From NCBI GenBank assembly GCA_021839985.1, contig JAKBZO010000001.1:676-64675 (forward strand): 64,000 bases of DNA, in the 5' to 3' direction. How positions within the stretch are numbered: position 1 is the first letter of the stretch; every line of letters begins with the position of its first letter. The notes beneath the pieces were generated by a model. It worked only from the letters and a program-made list of their open reading frames with translations, had not been told where the DNA came from and did no database searches. A program made the translations under genes and the position numbers. The DNA is from a bacterium. Lineage in GTDB: Bacteria; Patescibacteriota; Minisyncoccia; Phycocordibacterales; SBAW01. Of the stretch, positions 28,200-37,060 are shown piece by piece.

Positions 28200-28503
28200 T
28201 TTTAGTCTTTCCAAAACATCCTAATTGTATATAGGTCTTTCTTCTGTGACAATTTGCGCACCTTACCTCACATTTTTCCGTCTCCGCCAAAACGGATCCC
28301 CAGGAATAATGTCCTGACAGCATTTGTGATGCTTTCTTAAATTTTACGGAGGGGACCACGTGGTCAAAGTCTAACACGATAGGATCACTCTCCCCACAAT
28401 CAACACATTTTTTTGTAGAAAGCAGGGCCAACAACTTTTCTCTGACACGTATGCGGTGTCTTTTTTGAGCGGCGTATAAATCCTCTTTCTTTTTATAGGG
28501 CAC
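28162..28503 (-). CDS. HNH endonuclease ending inside tRNA-Arg(TCT)
   Basis: CVDCG...LDFDHV...KCEVRCANCHRRKT; AT-rich. Confidence 0.85.
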   Translation of the reverse strand: MPYKKKEDLYAAQKRHRIRVREKLLALLSTKKCVDCGESDPIVLDFDHVVPSVKFKKASQMLSGHYSWGSVLAETEKCEVRCANCHRRKTYIQLGCFGKTKSPCSLMDKTADF

Positions 28504-28545
28504 CTAGGGATCATAGCAAATGATTCTAACCCTGCCAAGCACCAC

Positions 28546-28875
28546 CTATCTCGACGGATCAGGAACGGAAACTGTCGATGTTGCCAGGAGCTGCACATGC
28601 TCTGCACTCAGGCCGCTGGCATGGGAGAGTGCCTCGTCGAGCTGCGCCACACTCGGGCCGCGCAGGTTCGCAACCGCCGTCCCGTCTGTTGTAGGATTTT
28701 CAATGATCGATACATACATCCACAGATCGAAGACCCCGAATAAAAAGAGTATCGACAATGACGCCACCGCGATGATAAGCCAGTCGCGATGCGGATGAGC
28801 AAGCGAGCCGCAGCAGCGCTGTGCATCTGCGTGCTTTGGAGTCAGTATGGCGATGAGTGATCGAAGTGTCGGCAT
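28546..28875 (-). CDS. Small membrane protein at the end of the pilM/N/O-like operon
   Basis: Single TM after HPHRDW; operon context. Confidence 0.55.
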   Translation of the reverse strand: MPTLRSLIAILTPKHADAQRCCGSLAHPHRDWLIIAVASLSILFLFGVFDLWMYVSIIENPTTDGTAVANLRGPSVAQLDEALSHASGLSAEHVQLLATSTVSVPDPSR

Positions 28876-28888
28876 AGTGTTGTAATCG

Positions 28889-29590
28889 TTATGGCGTCTC
28901 GAACGAAACAGCAGAGAGGTTGAACGAGCCGCTCCACGTGCCGGCACCTGTCCCCGTCGCTCCAGCTGCACCGACGGCGCCTGTTTCCAGACCTAGGTTA
29001 AGCGATGACAGCACGATCCCCTGAGAGAGGGTCTCAACGAGGCGGATGAATCGCTCGCATGAAGAAAAGCTTCCGGAGATCCGCACGGTCATAGTGAATG
29101 ATCCTGGAGCGTTTCCGTGCGGCGGAACGACCCCGACATTGGAGACTGTCGTGTCCACGCCGGCCGTTTTCCCGAGACCCTCGATCCCGCCAATGAAATC
29201 TGCACCGCCTCCTTGAGGAATGGGGAGCGTCTGCAACTCAGCGCGTTCTTTCTTGGTCAAGTCCAGCAGCCGCATCGCGGAAGAAAGCATCTGTTGCTCC
29301 TGCATTTTATCTCCCAGCGTCTGTGCTGCCGTTTGTGCTCCGTTGCTCGCCGTGTAGACGCCATACCATATGGCACCAAAGAGCGTCGCGGAAAGCGCGA
29401 AGAGTACGCCCGCTGTCGCAAGATGCACGACCGAGGCTACCCTCTCGCCTCCCTGGCTAGAGGGGAGCGCCGGGCTGAGACTCCTCGCGTCAGAAAAATG
29501 ATCGATGTTTTGCTCTCCACCAGCACCACGCGCGCTCGCGAGAGTGCCACTATTGACGCGCTGAGTATGTGTACGAAAAGGCCAGGTCAT
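28889..29590 (-). CDS. PilO-like type IV pilus assembly protein
   Basis: TM, coiled coil, then ferredoxin-like pattern (ISGSF...FIRLVETL); follows the pilN-like gene. Confidence 0.55.
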   Translation of the reverse strand: MTWPFRTHTQRVNSGTLASARGAGGEQNIDHFSDARSLSPALPSSQGGERVASVVHLATAGVLFALSATLFGAIWYGVYTASNGAQTAAQTLGDKMQEQQMLSSAMRLLDLTKKERAELQTLPIPQGGGADFIGGIEGLGKTAGVDTTVSNVGVVPPHGNAPGSFTMTVRISGSFSSCERFIRLVETLSQGIVLSSLNLGLETGAVGAAGATGTGAGTWSGSFNLSAVSFETP

Positions 29591-29603
29591 AGGTATAACA
29601 ACA

Positions 29604-30149
29604 TTACGACTGCGGAAGCGTGTACGTGACCGTAATGACGAAAGGTGTCTGATCCGCAACCGCCAACGCCTCCGGCGGTAAGACCACGCCGCTTACATTC
29701 GGCACCTGCATGAGACGCTGCTTGAATGCGAGCATGTCATCGCGCGTGTCGGCGACGCCAGAAAGATCCACGGTCGCAGAAGAAGCGGTGGCGGTGAGAT
29801 CGATCCTTTGGATCTTTATCGTCGTATCCCGCACCCCAAGCAAAGAATCTATGACCGTCGATGGTCGCGGGATCGCGGCGCTGTCATGAAGCGCTTTGTA
29901 GATCGCGAGCGCTGACGAACCGTTCTTTGAAGCAGCGACGAGGTTTGGTTGAGAGATGGATAGGTCGGTGACCGACGCTTGTAGGAGCAGGCTATTTTGC
30001 GCCACGCCAGCGCGGAAGTATGCCGGCGCGAGCAAGCCCCCGGCAATGACCAGTACCGCCGCTCCAGCAAGAAGCGAGACCGCGGCAAAACGCATGCGGT
30101 AGTCCGCTCGCAGGCGCTCTCTAGTATCATGTGGCAGAAGATTGATCAT
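29604..30149 (-). CDS. PilN-like type IV pilus assembly protein
   Basis: MINLLP N-terminal motif, TM, LSGVADTRDDMLAF. Confidence 0.7.
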   Translation of the reverse strand: MINLLPHDTRERLRADYRMRFAAVSLLAGAAVLVIAGGLLAPAYFRAGVAQNSLLLQASVTDLSISQPNLVAASKNGSSALAIYKALHDSAAIPRPSTVIDSLLGVRDTTIKIQRIDLTATASSATVDLSGVADTRDDMLAFKQRLMQVPNVSGVVLPPEALAVADQTPFVITVTYTLPQS

Positions 30150-31252
30150 AGTGAATTGTGTGCTGCGGCACGCAGGGCAAGACCGATGACCGTCGCATAG
30201 CGCAGGGAATCATTCTTGTGGATCGGCGGTATGATCCCTCCTCCGCCGAGCGCCGGATGGAGGTCGGCGACGCGGCACGGCACATGCATCGAACGCGCCA
30301 CATGTTCAACAAAACCGCGCATGAGTGCGTTGCCGCCATAGAGCACGATCGATGAGATCGGCAGGAGCGGATCCCCGTGCGCGATGCGTAATTGCCAATA
30401 CACCGACACGCGATCAAGCACCGCGGTCACACCCTTCGCATACCCGAGGCATGGGTGCACGATAGAGCTGTCTTCTGCGAGTCCTTCTTCGTATTTGAGA
30501 CGCGACAGCTCGGCGCTTATCCATGCAGCATCTCCCCTACCCTCTTCTTTGCCTTTGAGAGAATCAAACAAAGCATTGTCGAGCGTTTCACTTCCAGCGA
30601 TCGACGTGGTAAAGCGCACTGCATCATTTTGAACGACGGAGAGCGTCGTCGCGGAAAGTCCCAGATCGACGATGATGCATGCGCCGCGCATGGTCCGAGG
30701 AAGGATCGCTCGCAGCGCTGCCTGCGGTTCAAGTTCGAATGACAACGGAGAGAAGCCTGCACCGCGCAGCGCATCCGTATACTGCTGTGCGATAGTCTCC
30801 GGGAAAGCGGTGACCACGACGGAGCGCGTCGTGGCACCAGACTCAGCGGAGACGACTTCGCAATCAAACACGACTTCAGCGGGCGCCAGCGGCACCTGTT
30901 CGGAAAGCGCCACCTCGACCGAGCGCGAAAGAGGCACTGACGGGTCCACCGTGGAGACCGTGTCAAACAAATATCCCTTTTGTTCGGGAAGCGACGCGTA
31001 GGTAAAAGTGAACCCGCAGCGCTCGCGCACTTGCGAAAGCGCGCGCACCAGCGCTTCTTTATTGCGAATATCGCCGTCGACGACCGCACCCGAGGGCAGC
31101 GGCACTTCACCGAAGCGGGCCACTTCACGCCGCTTCGTAAGCACATCGAATGAAAAGTATTTGATCGTGTGTTCGGAGATGTCTATCCCGCCGCCGTCCA
31201 TGGCGAGCAAACGCGGAACCGGAAAGAGGCGCGGCAAAAGGTGCGAGGACAT
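30146..31252 (-). CDS. pilM: Type IV pilus assembly protein PilM
   Basis: GIDIS..IK, IVDLG, LYGGNA, IGLALR (actin-like fold). Confidence 0.85.
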   Translation of the reverse strand: MSSHLLPRLFPVPRLLAMDGGGIDISEHTIKYFSFDVLTKRREVARFGEVPLPSGAVVDGDIRNKEALVRALSQVRERCGFTFTYASLPEQKGYLFDTVSTVDPSVPLSRSVEVALSEQVPLAPAEVVFDCEVVSAESGATTRSVVVTAFPETIAQQYTDALRGAGFSPLSFELEPQAALRAILPRTMRGACIIVDLGLSATTLSVVQNDAVRFTTSIAGSETLDNALFDSLKGKEEGRGDAAWISAELSRLKYEEGLAEDSSIVHPCLGYAKGVTAVLDRVSVYWQLRIAHGDPLLPISSIVLYGGNALMRGFVEHVARSMHVPCRVADLHPALGGGGIIPPIHKNDSLRYATVIGLALRAAAHNSL

Positions 31253-31285
31253 ATCATATTCATTATAGCAGGTATCGATCGCCCG

Positions 31286-31879
31286 CTATCTCATGATCAC
31301 TCTCAATACCGCCCAAACGATCACGAGACCGATGACCAGTGCGAATGCTCCGAAGTAGCGGCGCATGCCTTCAAAGGTTTTCTCCCCGAAGTGCTCCACG
31401 ACGTACGCGACGAGGAAGACGCGACCGATGCGACCGGCGCCGAAGCCGACAATGAAGGGAAGAAATGGTATGTGCAGAAAACCGGAGAGGATCACGAATA
31501 CTTTGTCCGGCACCGGCGCGAACATGAGGAACATCATGACGAGTAAGATATTCCCCGCCAAAAAAGCGTGCGCGGTGCGGAATGAACGGTGAAGATCGAA
31601 GTAGCGGACCGCGGGCGCGCCGAACCAATGGAACAGCGCCACACCGATGAGGTAGCCTACGATAGCGCCCGCGATCGACGCGGCGGCAGTGATAGCGGCA
31701 TAGCGTTTCCAGCGAGAACGGTCGGCAAGCGTAAAGGCCACCATGACACTCTCCGGCCACAGCGGCAGAAAGATCGGTTCAAGGAATGCGAATAGCGCCA
31801 ACCACCACGAACTGTGCGGTGAGCGCAGATGATCGACGAACCACTGCCATCGATGCGGCTGTTGCGATCCGGTATTCAT
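31286..31879 (-). CDS. YqaA/DedA (VTT) family membrane protein
   Basis: AFLEPIFLP, ASIAGAIVGYLIG, PVPDKVF, GRIGR. Confidence 0.8.
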   Translation of the reverse strand: MNTGSQQPHRWQWFVDHLRSPHSSWWLALFAFLEPIFLPLWPESVMVAFTLADRSRWKRYAAITAAASIAGAIVGYLIGVALFHWFGAPAVRYFDLHRSFRTAHAFLAGNILLVMMFLMFAPVPDKVFVILSGFLHIPFLPFIVGFGAGRIGRVFLVAYVVEHFGEKTFEGMRRYFGAFALVIGLVIVWAVLRVIMR

Positions 31880-31903
31880 ATATTAGAAGCAGTTTCTTGG
31901 GTA

Positions 31904-32269
31904 TCAACCAACCCGGGCTCCTGCAGGCGCTGCTGGCGCTTCAAGGAGAGCAAAGGCTCCCTCCTCATTGCTTGCTGCCAAGATCATGCCCTGGCTCTCA
32001 AGACCCATGAGCGTGCGCGGCTTGAGGTTGTACACGAACGCGACGCGCTTACCGACAAGCACCGCATGGTCGGGAAAATAACGCGCGATGCCGGAGAGGA
32101 TCTGCCGCACTTCTCCAGCGCCGAAGGACACCATGAGCCGTAGCAGTTTGTCCGAGCCTTCGATAGGTTCGACCGAAATGATCTCGCCAATGCGAATATC
32201 GGTACGATGGAATTCATCGATCGAGATCGATGCAACTTCTTCGTTGATAGTGAAGTCATTCATGTTCAT
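31904..32269 (-). CDS. Stand-alone tRNA-binding OB-fold protein (Trbp111/MetG C-terminal-like)
   Basis: DIRIGEI, SDKLLRL, RQILSGI, NLKPR..MGLESQGMILA. Confidence 0.88.
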   Translation of the reverse strand: MNMNDFTINEEVASISIDEFHRTDIRIGEIISVEPIEGSDKLLRLMVSFGAGEVRQILSGIARYFPDHAVLVGKRVAFVYNLKPRTLMGLESQGMILAASNEEGAFALLEAPAAPAGARVG

Positions 32270-32706
32270 TCGTGCGCTCCGGTCGAGTTCATTCTATCAA
32301 GGAAGCTCTGCAATATCACGGCTGCGGCTGACGCGTCGAGTTTTTCTTGAGCGGATGCTCCCTGCTTGCGAGCGTTGCGCGGATGTTCTCCTCGCCCGAC
32401 ACGCGAAGCCTGCGCGCTTGTCATGAACTCTGGCTCGAAGATGATCGGGGTGCCTGCCGCTCGGCCAAGTGCGTCAGCGAACGAGCGGACCCGCGCCATG
32501 ACCGGATTGTCGCGGCCGGAGAGATCTTTCGATTCGCCGATCACGAACGCTTTCGCCTCTCGCTCGCGCGCGAGCGCCGATGCACGTGCAAGCGCATCTT
32601 TCTCACTGGCCACTTCAAGCGGAAATGCGACGCGGTCTCCCTCGTCGGACACGGCGAGTCCTACACGCTTGGTTCCATAATCGATACCGATATACATATG
32701 ATTCAT
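32266..32706 (-). CDS. ruvX: YqgF/RuvX family nuclease
   Basis: GIDYGTKRVGLAVSD, E.MTS, DASAAAVILQ. Confidence 0.9.
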   Translation of the reverse strand: MNHMYIGIDYGTKRVGLAVSDEGDRVAFPLEVASEKDALARASALAREREAKAFVIGESKDLSGRDNPVMARVRSFADALGRAAGTPIIFEPEFMTSAQASRVGRGEHPRNARKQGASAQEKLDASAAAVILQSFLDRMNSTGAHE

Positions 32707-32715
32707 TCCCAGAAA

Positions 32716-32891
32716 TGCGGATGGGGTGAGATTCGGCTAAGCGCTCGCTCGTCGCCGTCGCTCCTCGCTCCGCTCAGCCCTACTCGCGCGACCCGCCGTG
32801 CTCGGCGGGTGCCCGCGCTCGCCTTCGGATCTCACCCAATCGCGCAATGGCAATCTTCAAATAGTCGCGGGGACTGTTTGAACGAGCCACC
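32716..32891 (-). repeat. tRNA-Ser-associated folded element
   Basis: 20-bp exact direct repeat tgcggatggggtgagattcg (32716, 32892); degenerate inverted copy 32824-32846; core shared with the Val element. Confidence 0.85.
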
Positions 32892-32978
32892 TGCGGATGG
32901 GGTGAGATTCGAACTCACGACACCTTGCGGTGTGGCGGTTTTCAAGACCGCTGCCTTAGACCACTCGGCCACCCATCC
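32892..32978 (-). tRNA. tRNA-Ser(TGA)
   Basis: gcggt-ctTGAaa-accgc, long variable arm, G73. Confidence 0.95.
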
Positions 32979-33102
32979 AGTACCATACAACTTACAACAA
33001 AAGTGGCCTTGTTGGAAGCGACACGCATCTTCCCATGAAGAAGGTGCGACATTCTTCGTGCTCGATCACACTGCTTAAGATTTTGTTTGATATACTTAAC
33101 GC

Positions 33103-33597
33103 ATGGATCCTGTTCTTAATGAGCACGCCGACCAGGTGCAGGCTATTCATTGGCGCACACCGACGCACGTTCACACCGCGCGCTCCGTCGACTGGTTCTG
33201 GGCGCTCGGCATCATAGCGATCTGCGGTGCCATCATCGCGGCTTGGCTCGGCGACGCACTCTTCGGCGTCATCATCGTGGTCGCCGCCGCGGTCATCGGC
33301 ATGATCTCAGCGCGGGAGCCGCGCGAACACGATGTCACCCTTCAAGAAACGGGCGTCGTGGTCGATCACGAGCTATATCCTTTTCATGCTATTCGTTCAT
33401 TCTGGATAGAATACGAAGGAATGCCTCTGCCTAAAATGTATCTTTCTACGAACGCGCTTATCCATCCGCATGTGATCGTCTTGCTTCCGTCTGAAGATTA
33501 TGTCGACGAAGTGCGCGACTTTCTTGAAATGTACGATGTGAAAGAAGAAGCTCAGCACTCTGCGGGGACCATGCTCGCGCGCATCTTCGGGTGGTGA
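33103..33597 (+). CDS. Hypothetical membrane protein (two TMs plus soluble C-terminal domain)
   Basis: RSVDWFW, two TM helices, SFWI. Confidence 0.65.
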   Translation: MDPVLNEHADQVQAIHWRTPTHVHTARSVDWFWALGIIAICGAIIAAWLGDALFGVIIVVAAAVIGMISAREPREHDVTLQETGVVVDHELYPFHAIRSFWIEYEGMPLPKMYLSTNALIHPHVIVLLPSEDYVDEVRDFLEMYDVKEEAQHSAGTMLARIFGW

Positions 33598-33677
33598 TCT
33601 GGAGCGCACGCAAACTGCTTTGCGTGCTCCGAGAGGGTAAGCGAAAAAAGCGCTCGTTGCGCTCTTTTTCGTACTTG

Positions 33678-33749
33678 TCCTCTCGGTAGGAATCGAACCT
33701 ACATTACAAGCTCCGCAAGCTTGCGTTCTATCCATTGAACTACGAGAGG
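33678..33749 (-). tRNA. tRNA-Arg(GCG)
   Basis: caagc-ttGCGga-gcttg; complete cloverleaf. Confidence 0.92.
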
Positions 33750-33901
33750 ATGTGTCCTCACACTACACCATAATGACAAAAATTCAAATGGACCTTATGG
33801 AGTGCCATTCTTAGCCTCTTGGTGCTATACTTTTCCCAGAAAGTTCTCGATCTGCTTGTAACGAGCAGATCTTCACGATCGACTCACCATAGGGAGGCAT
33901 C

Positions 33902-35068
33902 ATGAGCATTAGGAGCCAACAAGCAGTCTGCCTCCGCATCTCTGGCGGGCGCGAGCTTGGAAAGCTGATCGAGCACGTATCCACTTCAAGCCGCACAATA
34001 GTCGGCGCTGATCGGGTCACCTTCTGGATGTTGGGAAAGGATCAGAGAACACTGGTCTCGCTTCCAAGCAGCGAAGGAGGGCGTATCTTTCGGCTTCCAT
34101 TCGGAAGAGGGTTGGTGGGCGCCTGCGCACAGATGAAGCAAGTCATTATCACCGCCGATGCCTACCGTGATCCGCTCTTCGACCAGCGAGACGACAAGCG
34201 GCGCAGCTATCATACCGTATCGGAATTATGTCTGCCGATATTGCACGATAATGAGCTCATTGGCGTCGTGCAAGCGAGCAATCGCTTGCGATCGGATGGA
34301 GTAAGCGTCCGCATTCCGCTCAGAAAAGGCACGATCGTGGTCGGCGAATTTGCCGGTGATGATGTTGCCCGCCTGCGAGAAGTCGCCAACCTTGCATGCG
34401 CCGCGTTTGAAAATGCTCGGCACTTGCAAGCACACCGCCTCCTCATCGACGAGCTGAGCTTCACTTTGGCGGACGCCATCAGCGTGCGCGATACAACGAC
34501 CGGCAAGCATATCAAGCTGGTCACCGTGATCGCCGTTGGGGTGGCGCGAGAGATGGGGTTGTCGGAAGATGCGGTGCAAGAGATCAAGATAGCGGCCGCA
34601 CTGCACGACATCGGCAAGATCGGCATACGGGATCACATCTTGCTCAAGCCGGTGAAGTTCACGCAGAAGGACTACCGCGCCATGAAGACCCATGCGCACA
34701 AGGGGCGGCGGATCCTGCGCAAGATCGACTGGCCGAAAGGGCTCGAAGCGGTGCCCTACCTGGTTGGTTCGCATCACGAGCTATGTGACGGCAGCGGCTA
34801 CCCCGCCGGCCTCACGAAGGACGAGATCTCCCTGTCGGCGCGCATCATCACCGCTTCAGATATCTTTGCCGCTATCGCGCAGAAGCGTCCGTATAAAAAA
34901 GCGTACGGACCGCACTACGCCTTGAAGCTCTGCCGACATGAAGCACGGAATGGCAAACTTGATCCGAAGGTGGTGCGGGCGCTCGCGCGAGTCATCGAAC
35001 ACTACGGCTTCGAGGCACTCGAGCGTCGATCGTCAAAAAGCCGCGCCGGTTCGTTCTTAAGCAGTTAG
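33902..35068 (+). CDS. GAF plus HD-GYP phosphodiesterase
   Basis: GAF-like GLVG...LCLPI...IGVVQASN; LHDIGKIG, HHELCDGSGYP, SDIFAA. Confidence 0.88.
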   Translation: MSIRSQQAVCLRISGGRELGKLIEHVSTSSRTIVGADRVTFWMLGKDQRTLVSLPSSEGGRIFRLPFGRGLVGACAQMKQVIITADAYRDPLFDQRDDKRRSYHTVSELCLPILHDNELIGVVQASNRLRSDGVSVRIPLRKGTIVVGEFAGDDVARLREVANLACAAFENARHLQAHRLLIDELSFTLADAISVRDTTTGKHIKLVTVIAVGVAREMGLSEDAVQEIKIAAALHDIGKIGIRDHILLKPVKFTQKDYRAMKTHAHKGRRILRKIDWPKGLEAVPYLVGSHHELCDGSGYPAGLTKDEISLSARIITASDIFAAIAQKRPYKKAYGPHYALKLCRHEARNGKLDPKVVRALARVIEHYGFEALERRSSKSRAGSFLSS

Positions 35069-35225
35069 GAGTCATGCAACAGCGCAGACACCCCCGAGGT
35101 GCGCCAGCATTATTGGCACGCCTCGGGGTTTATTTTTGCCTCACAGGGTTTCATATCTATATGGACCTGGGACAAGAGTGGGCGTAAACTTGCACCGGCG
35201 TCAAGAAACCGTACAGTGAACAGAC

Positions 35226-35297
35226 GTCCTCGTAGTTCAATGGATAGAATATCTCCCTCCGAAGGAGGTGATGTGAGTTCGATTCTCGCCGAGGACA
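35226..35297 (+). tRNA. tRNA-Arg(CCG)
   Basis: tctcc-ctCCGaa-ggagg; cloverleaf. Confidence 0.92.
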
Positions 35298-35383
35298 CAA
35301 AACGAACGCAGTATCACACAAAGAAAGGGCGCCGCTTCGCGGCGCCCTTTCTTTGTGTTCTGCTTTGTGTTCTGTATAAAAAA

Positions 35384-35641
35384 TCACTTGGTCTTTGCTG
35401 CCATACGCGCAACCTGAGACTTCTTGCGAGCGGCGGTATTCTTTTTGATGATGCCGCGCTTTGCCGCTTTGTCGATCGCCTTATAGGCTGCCGCGACCGC
35501 CTCGACGCCCGCCTTGCCATCCTTTGCTCCGGTGCGAACATCCTTCACAGAGTCGCGCATATCGCGCAGGCGCGACACGTTCATGACGCGGCGGCGCTTG
35601 GTCTGGCGCAAAGCTTTTTTCGCTGATTTCGTGATTGCCAT
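35384..35641 (-). CDS. rpsT: 30S ribosomal protein S20
   Basis: SAKKALRQ, IDKAAKRGIIKKNTAARKKS. Confidence 0.97.
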   Translation of the reverse strand: MAITKSAKKALRQTKRRRVMNVSRLRDMRDSVKDVRTGAKDGKAGVEAVAAAYKAIDKAAKRGIIKKNTAARKKSQVARMAAKTK

Positions 35642-35724
35642 GCGAGCATCGTACTACATAAGTGTGCTTTGTGCAACAAAAGAAAAGGGGCGCCGCAAGG
35701 GGCGCCCATTCAGGAAGAACTGCT

Positions 35725-36354
35725 TCAGCTGATGATGTTGTCCAACTTCGTGACCGCATCCAGCCATACCCGGCGCAGAGCGCGCGCTTCAAAAGGAGTC
35801 TCGCCGCCCTTGAACACCTTTACCAGCTCGGTCGTCCGACGAAACGCTTCGAGTTTCTCCCCATCGAGCGATGGAAAGAATCGCTCTGCCTCATGACCGC
35901 GTTGCAAGTATGCGTCATCGTTGCCGACGATGTCGGCAACGAGCCCGTAAAGGAAGTAGACCTGCGCCTTCCGAGACACCCCCCATATCTCACCGTAGTC
36001 ACGCCTCGGGTCAGCGATCCATGCCATCATGCGCGCACGCGCGCATGCGTCGACGGTCCTATCACGCCACGCTTGTTTTTGCTGCAACGGTATCTCGACG
36101 ATCGGTCCAAGCAACCGGCCGACGCCATTCACGCCAAGCGTCTCGATGATCACGTTGACTGACATATCGTCAGAAGACGCCGCGCCGCCGCACGCATCGA
36201 TCAGACGATCGAACAGATAGGCAATGACGACCGGCTGCGTCGCCAACAATTTCCCGACGCCAGCTAACGAAGCATTCTCGTATTCCAGAGTGTTCCACAA
36301 GACGCTGCGAAAGCCGGCCGTGAAATAAACATTTCCAACCTTGTTCGTATGCAT
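35725..36354 (-). CDS. Hypothetical protein
   Basis: Long ORF with SD AAGGA before ATG 36354; no motif recognised. Confidence 0.5.
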   Translation of the reverse strand: MHTNKVGNVYFTAGFRSVLWNTLEYENASLAGVGKLLATQPVVIAYLFDRLIDACGGAASSDDMSVNVIIETLGVNGVGRLLGPIVEIPLQQKQAWRDRTVDACARARMMAWIADPRRDYGEIWGVSRKAQVYFLYGLVADIVGNDDAYLQRGHEAERFFPSLDGEKLEAFRRTTELVKVFKGGETPFEARALRRVWLDAVTKLDNIIS

Positions 36355-36466
36355 GACGATTCCTTTCGTCAAAGAATTTCGAAAAACTACCTGAAGTAAC
36401 GATACCATATAAAATATAAAAAGCAAGAGAGCGGACAAAAGCCGCCAGAGGATATAAGCTGTAAGA

Positions 36467-37057
36467 ATGATCGGAAAACTTACGGGAACGTTTGGCGGCA
36501 GCACAGACGAGAACTCCATACTCATAGATGTACGTGGTGTCGGGTACGTCGTGCACACACCATTGCAAGAAATGCTGCCGCCCGAAGGCGAGCCGCTTGA
36601 ACTCTACATCCATACGGCCGTGCGCGAAGACGCGATCGACCTCTACGGCTTCCCCACGAAGAGTGCTTTGTCGTTCTTCAAACTGCTCATGAGCGTCTCC
36701 GGCGTCGGCCCCAAGACCGCGCTCTCTATTATGTCGGGTGCTGATATTCCGTCGCTGCGAAATGCGATCGCGCGCGGCGATCTCGCCATGCTTACCAAGA
36801 TGTATGGCATCGGCAAGAAGAGCGCCGAGCGGTTGGTGGTGGAGCTTAAAGATAAGATCACTAAGCAGGATCTCTCCGAAGGACGCACCGCGACCCCGCG
36901 CGACCATTCAAGCGACACCGACCTGCTTGAAGCGCTTGAGGCGCTCGGGTACAGCACGGCAGAGTCGCGGCGCGCGCTCCAGAGCACACCAGACACCGGA
37001 GGCGACATGCGGCAGCGGCTTGCGGCGATACTCAAACAACTCGGCACGCCTCGATAA
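36467..37057 (+). CDS. ruvA: Holliday junction branch migration protein RuvA
   Basis: GVGY, VRED..LYGF, VSGVGPKTAL, GIGKKSAERLVVELKDK. Confidence 0.96.
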   Translation: MIGKLTGTFGGSTDENSILIDVRGVGYVVHTPLQEMLPPEGEPLELYIHTAVREDAIDLYGFPTKSALSFFKLLMSVSGVGPKTALSIMSGADIPSLRNAIARGDLAMLTKMYGIGKKSAERLVVELKDKITKQDLSEGRTATPRDHSSDTDLLEALEALGYSTAESRRALQSTPDTGGDMRQRLAAILKQLGTPR

Positions 37058-37060
37058 TAT

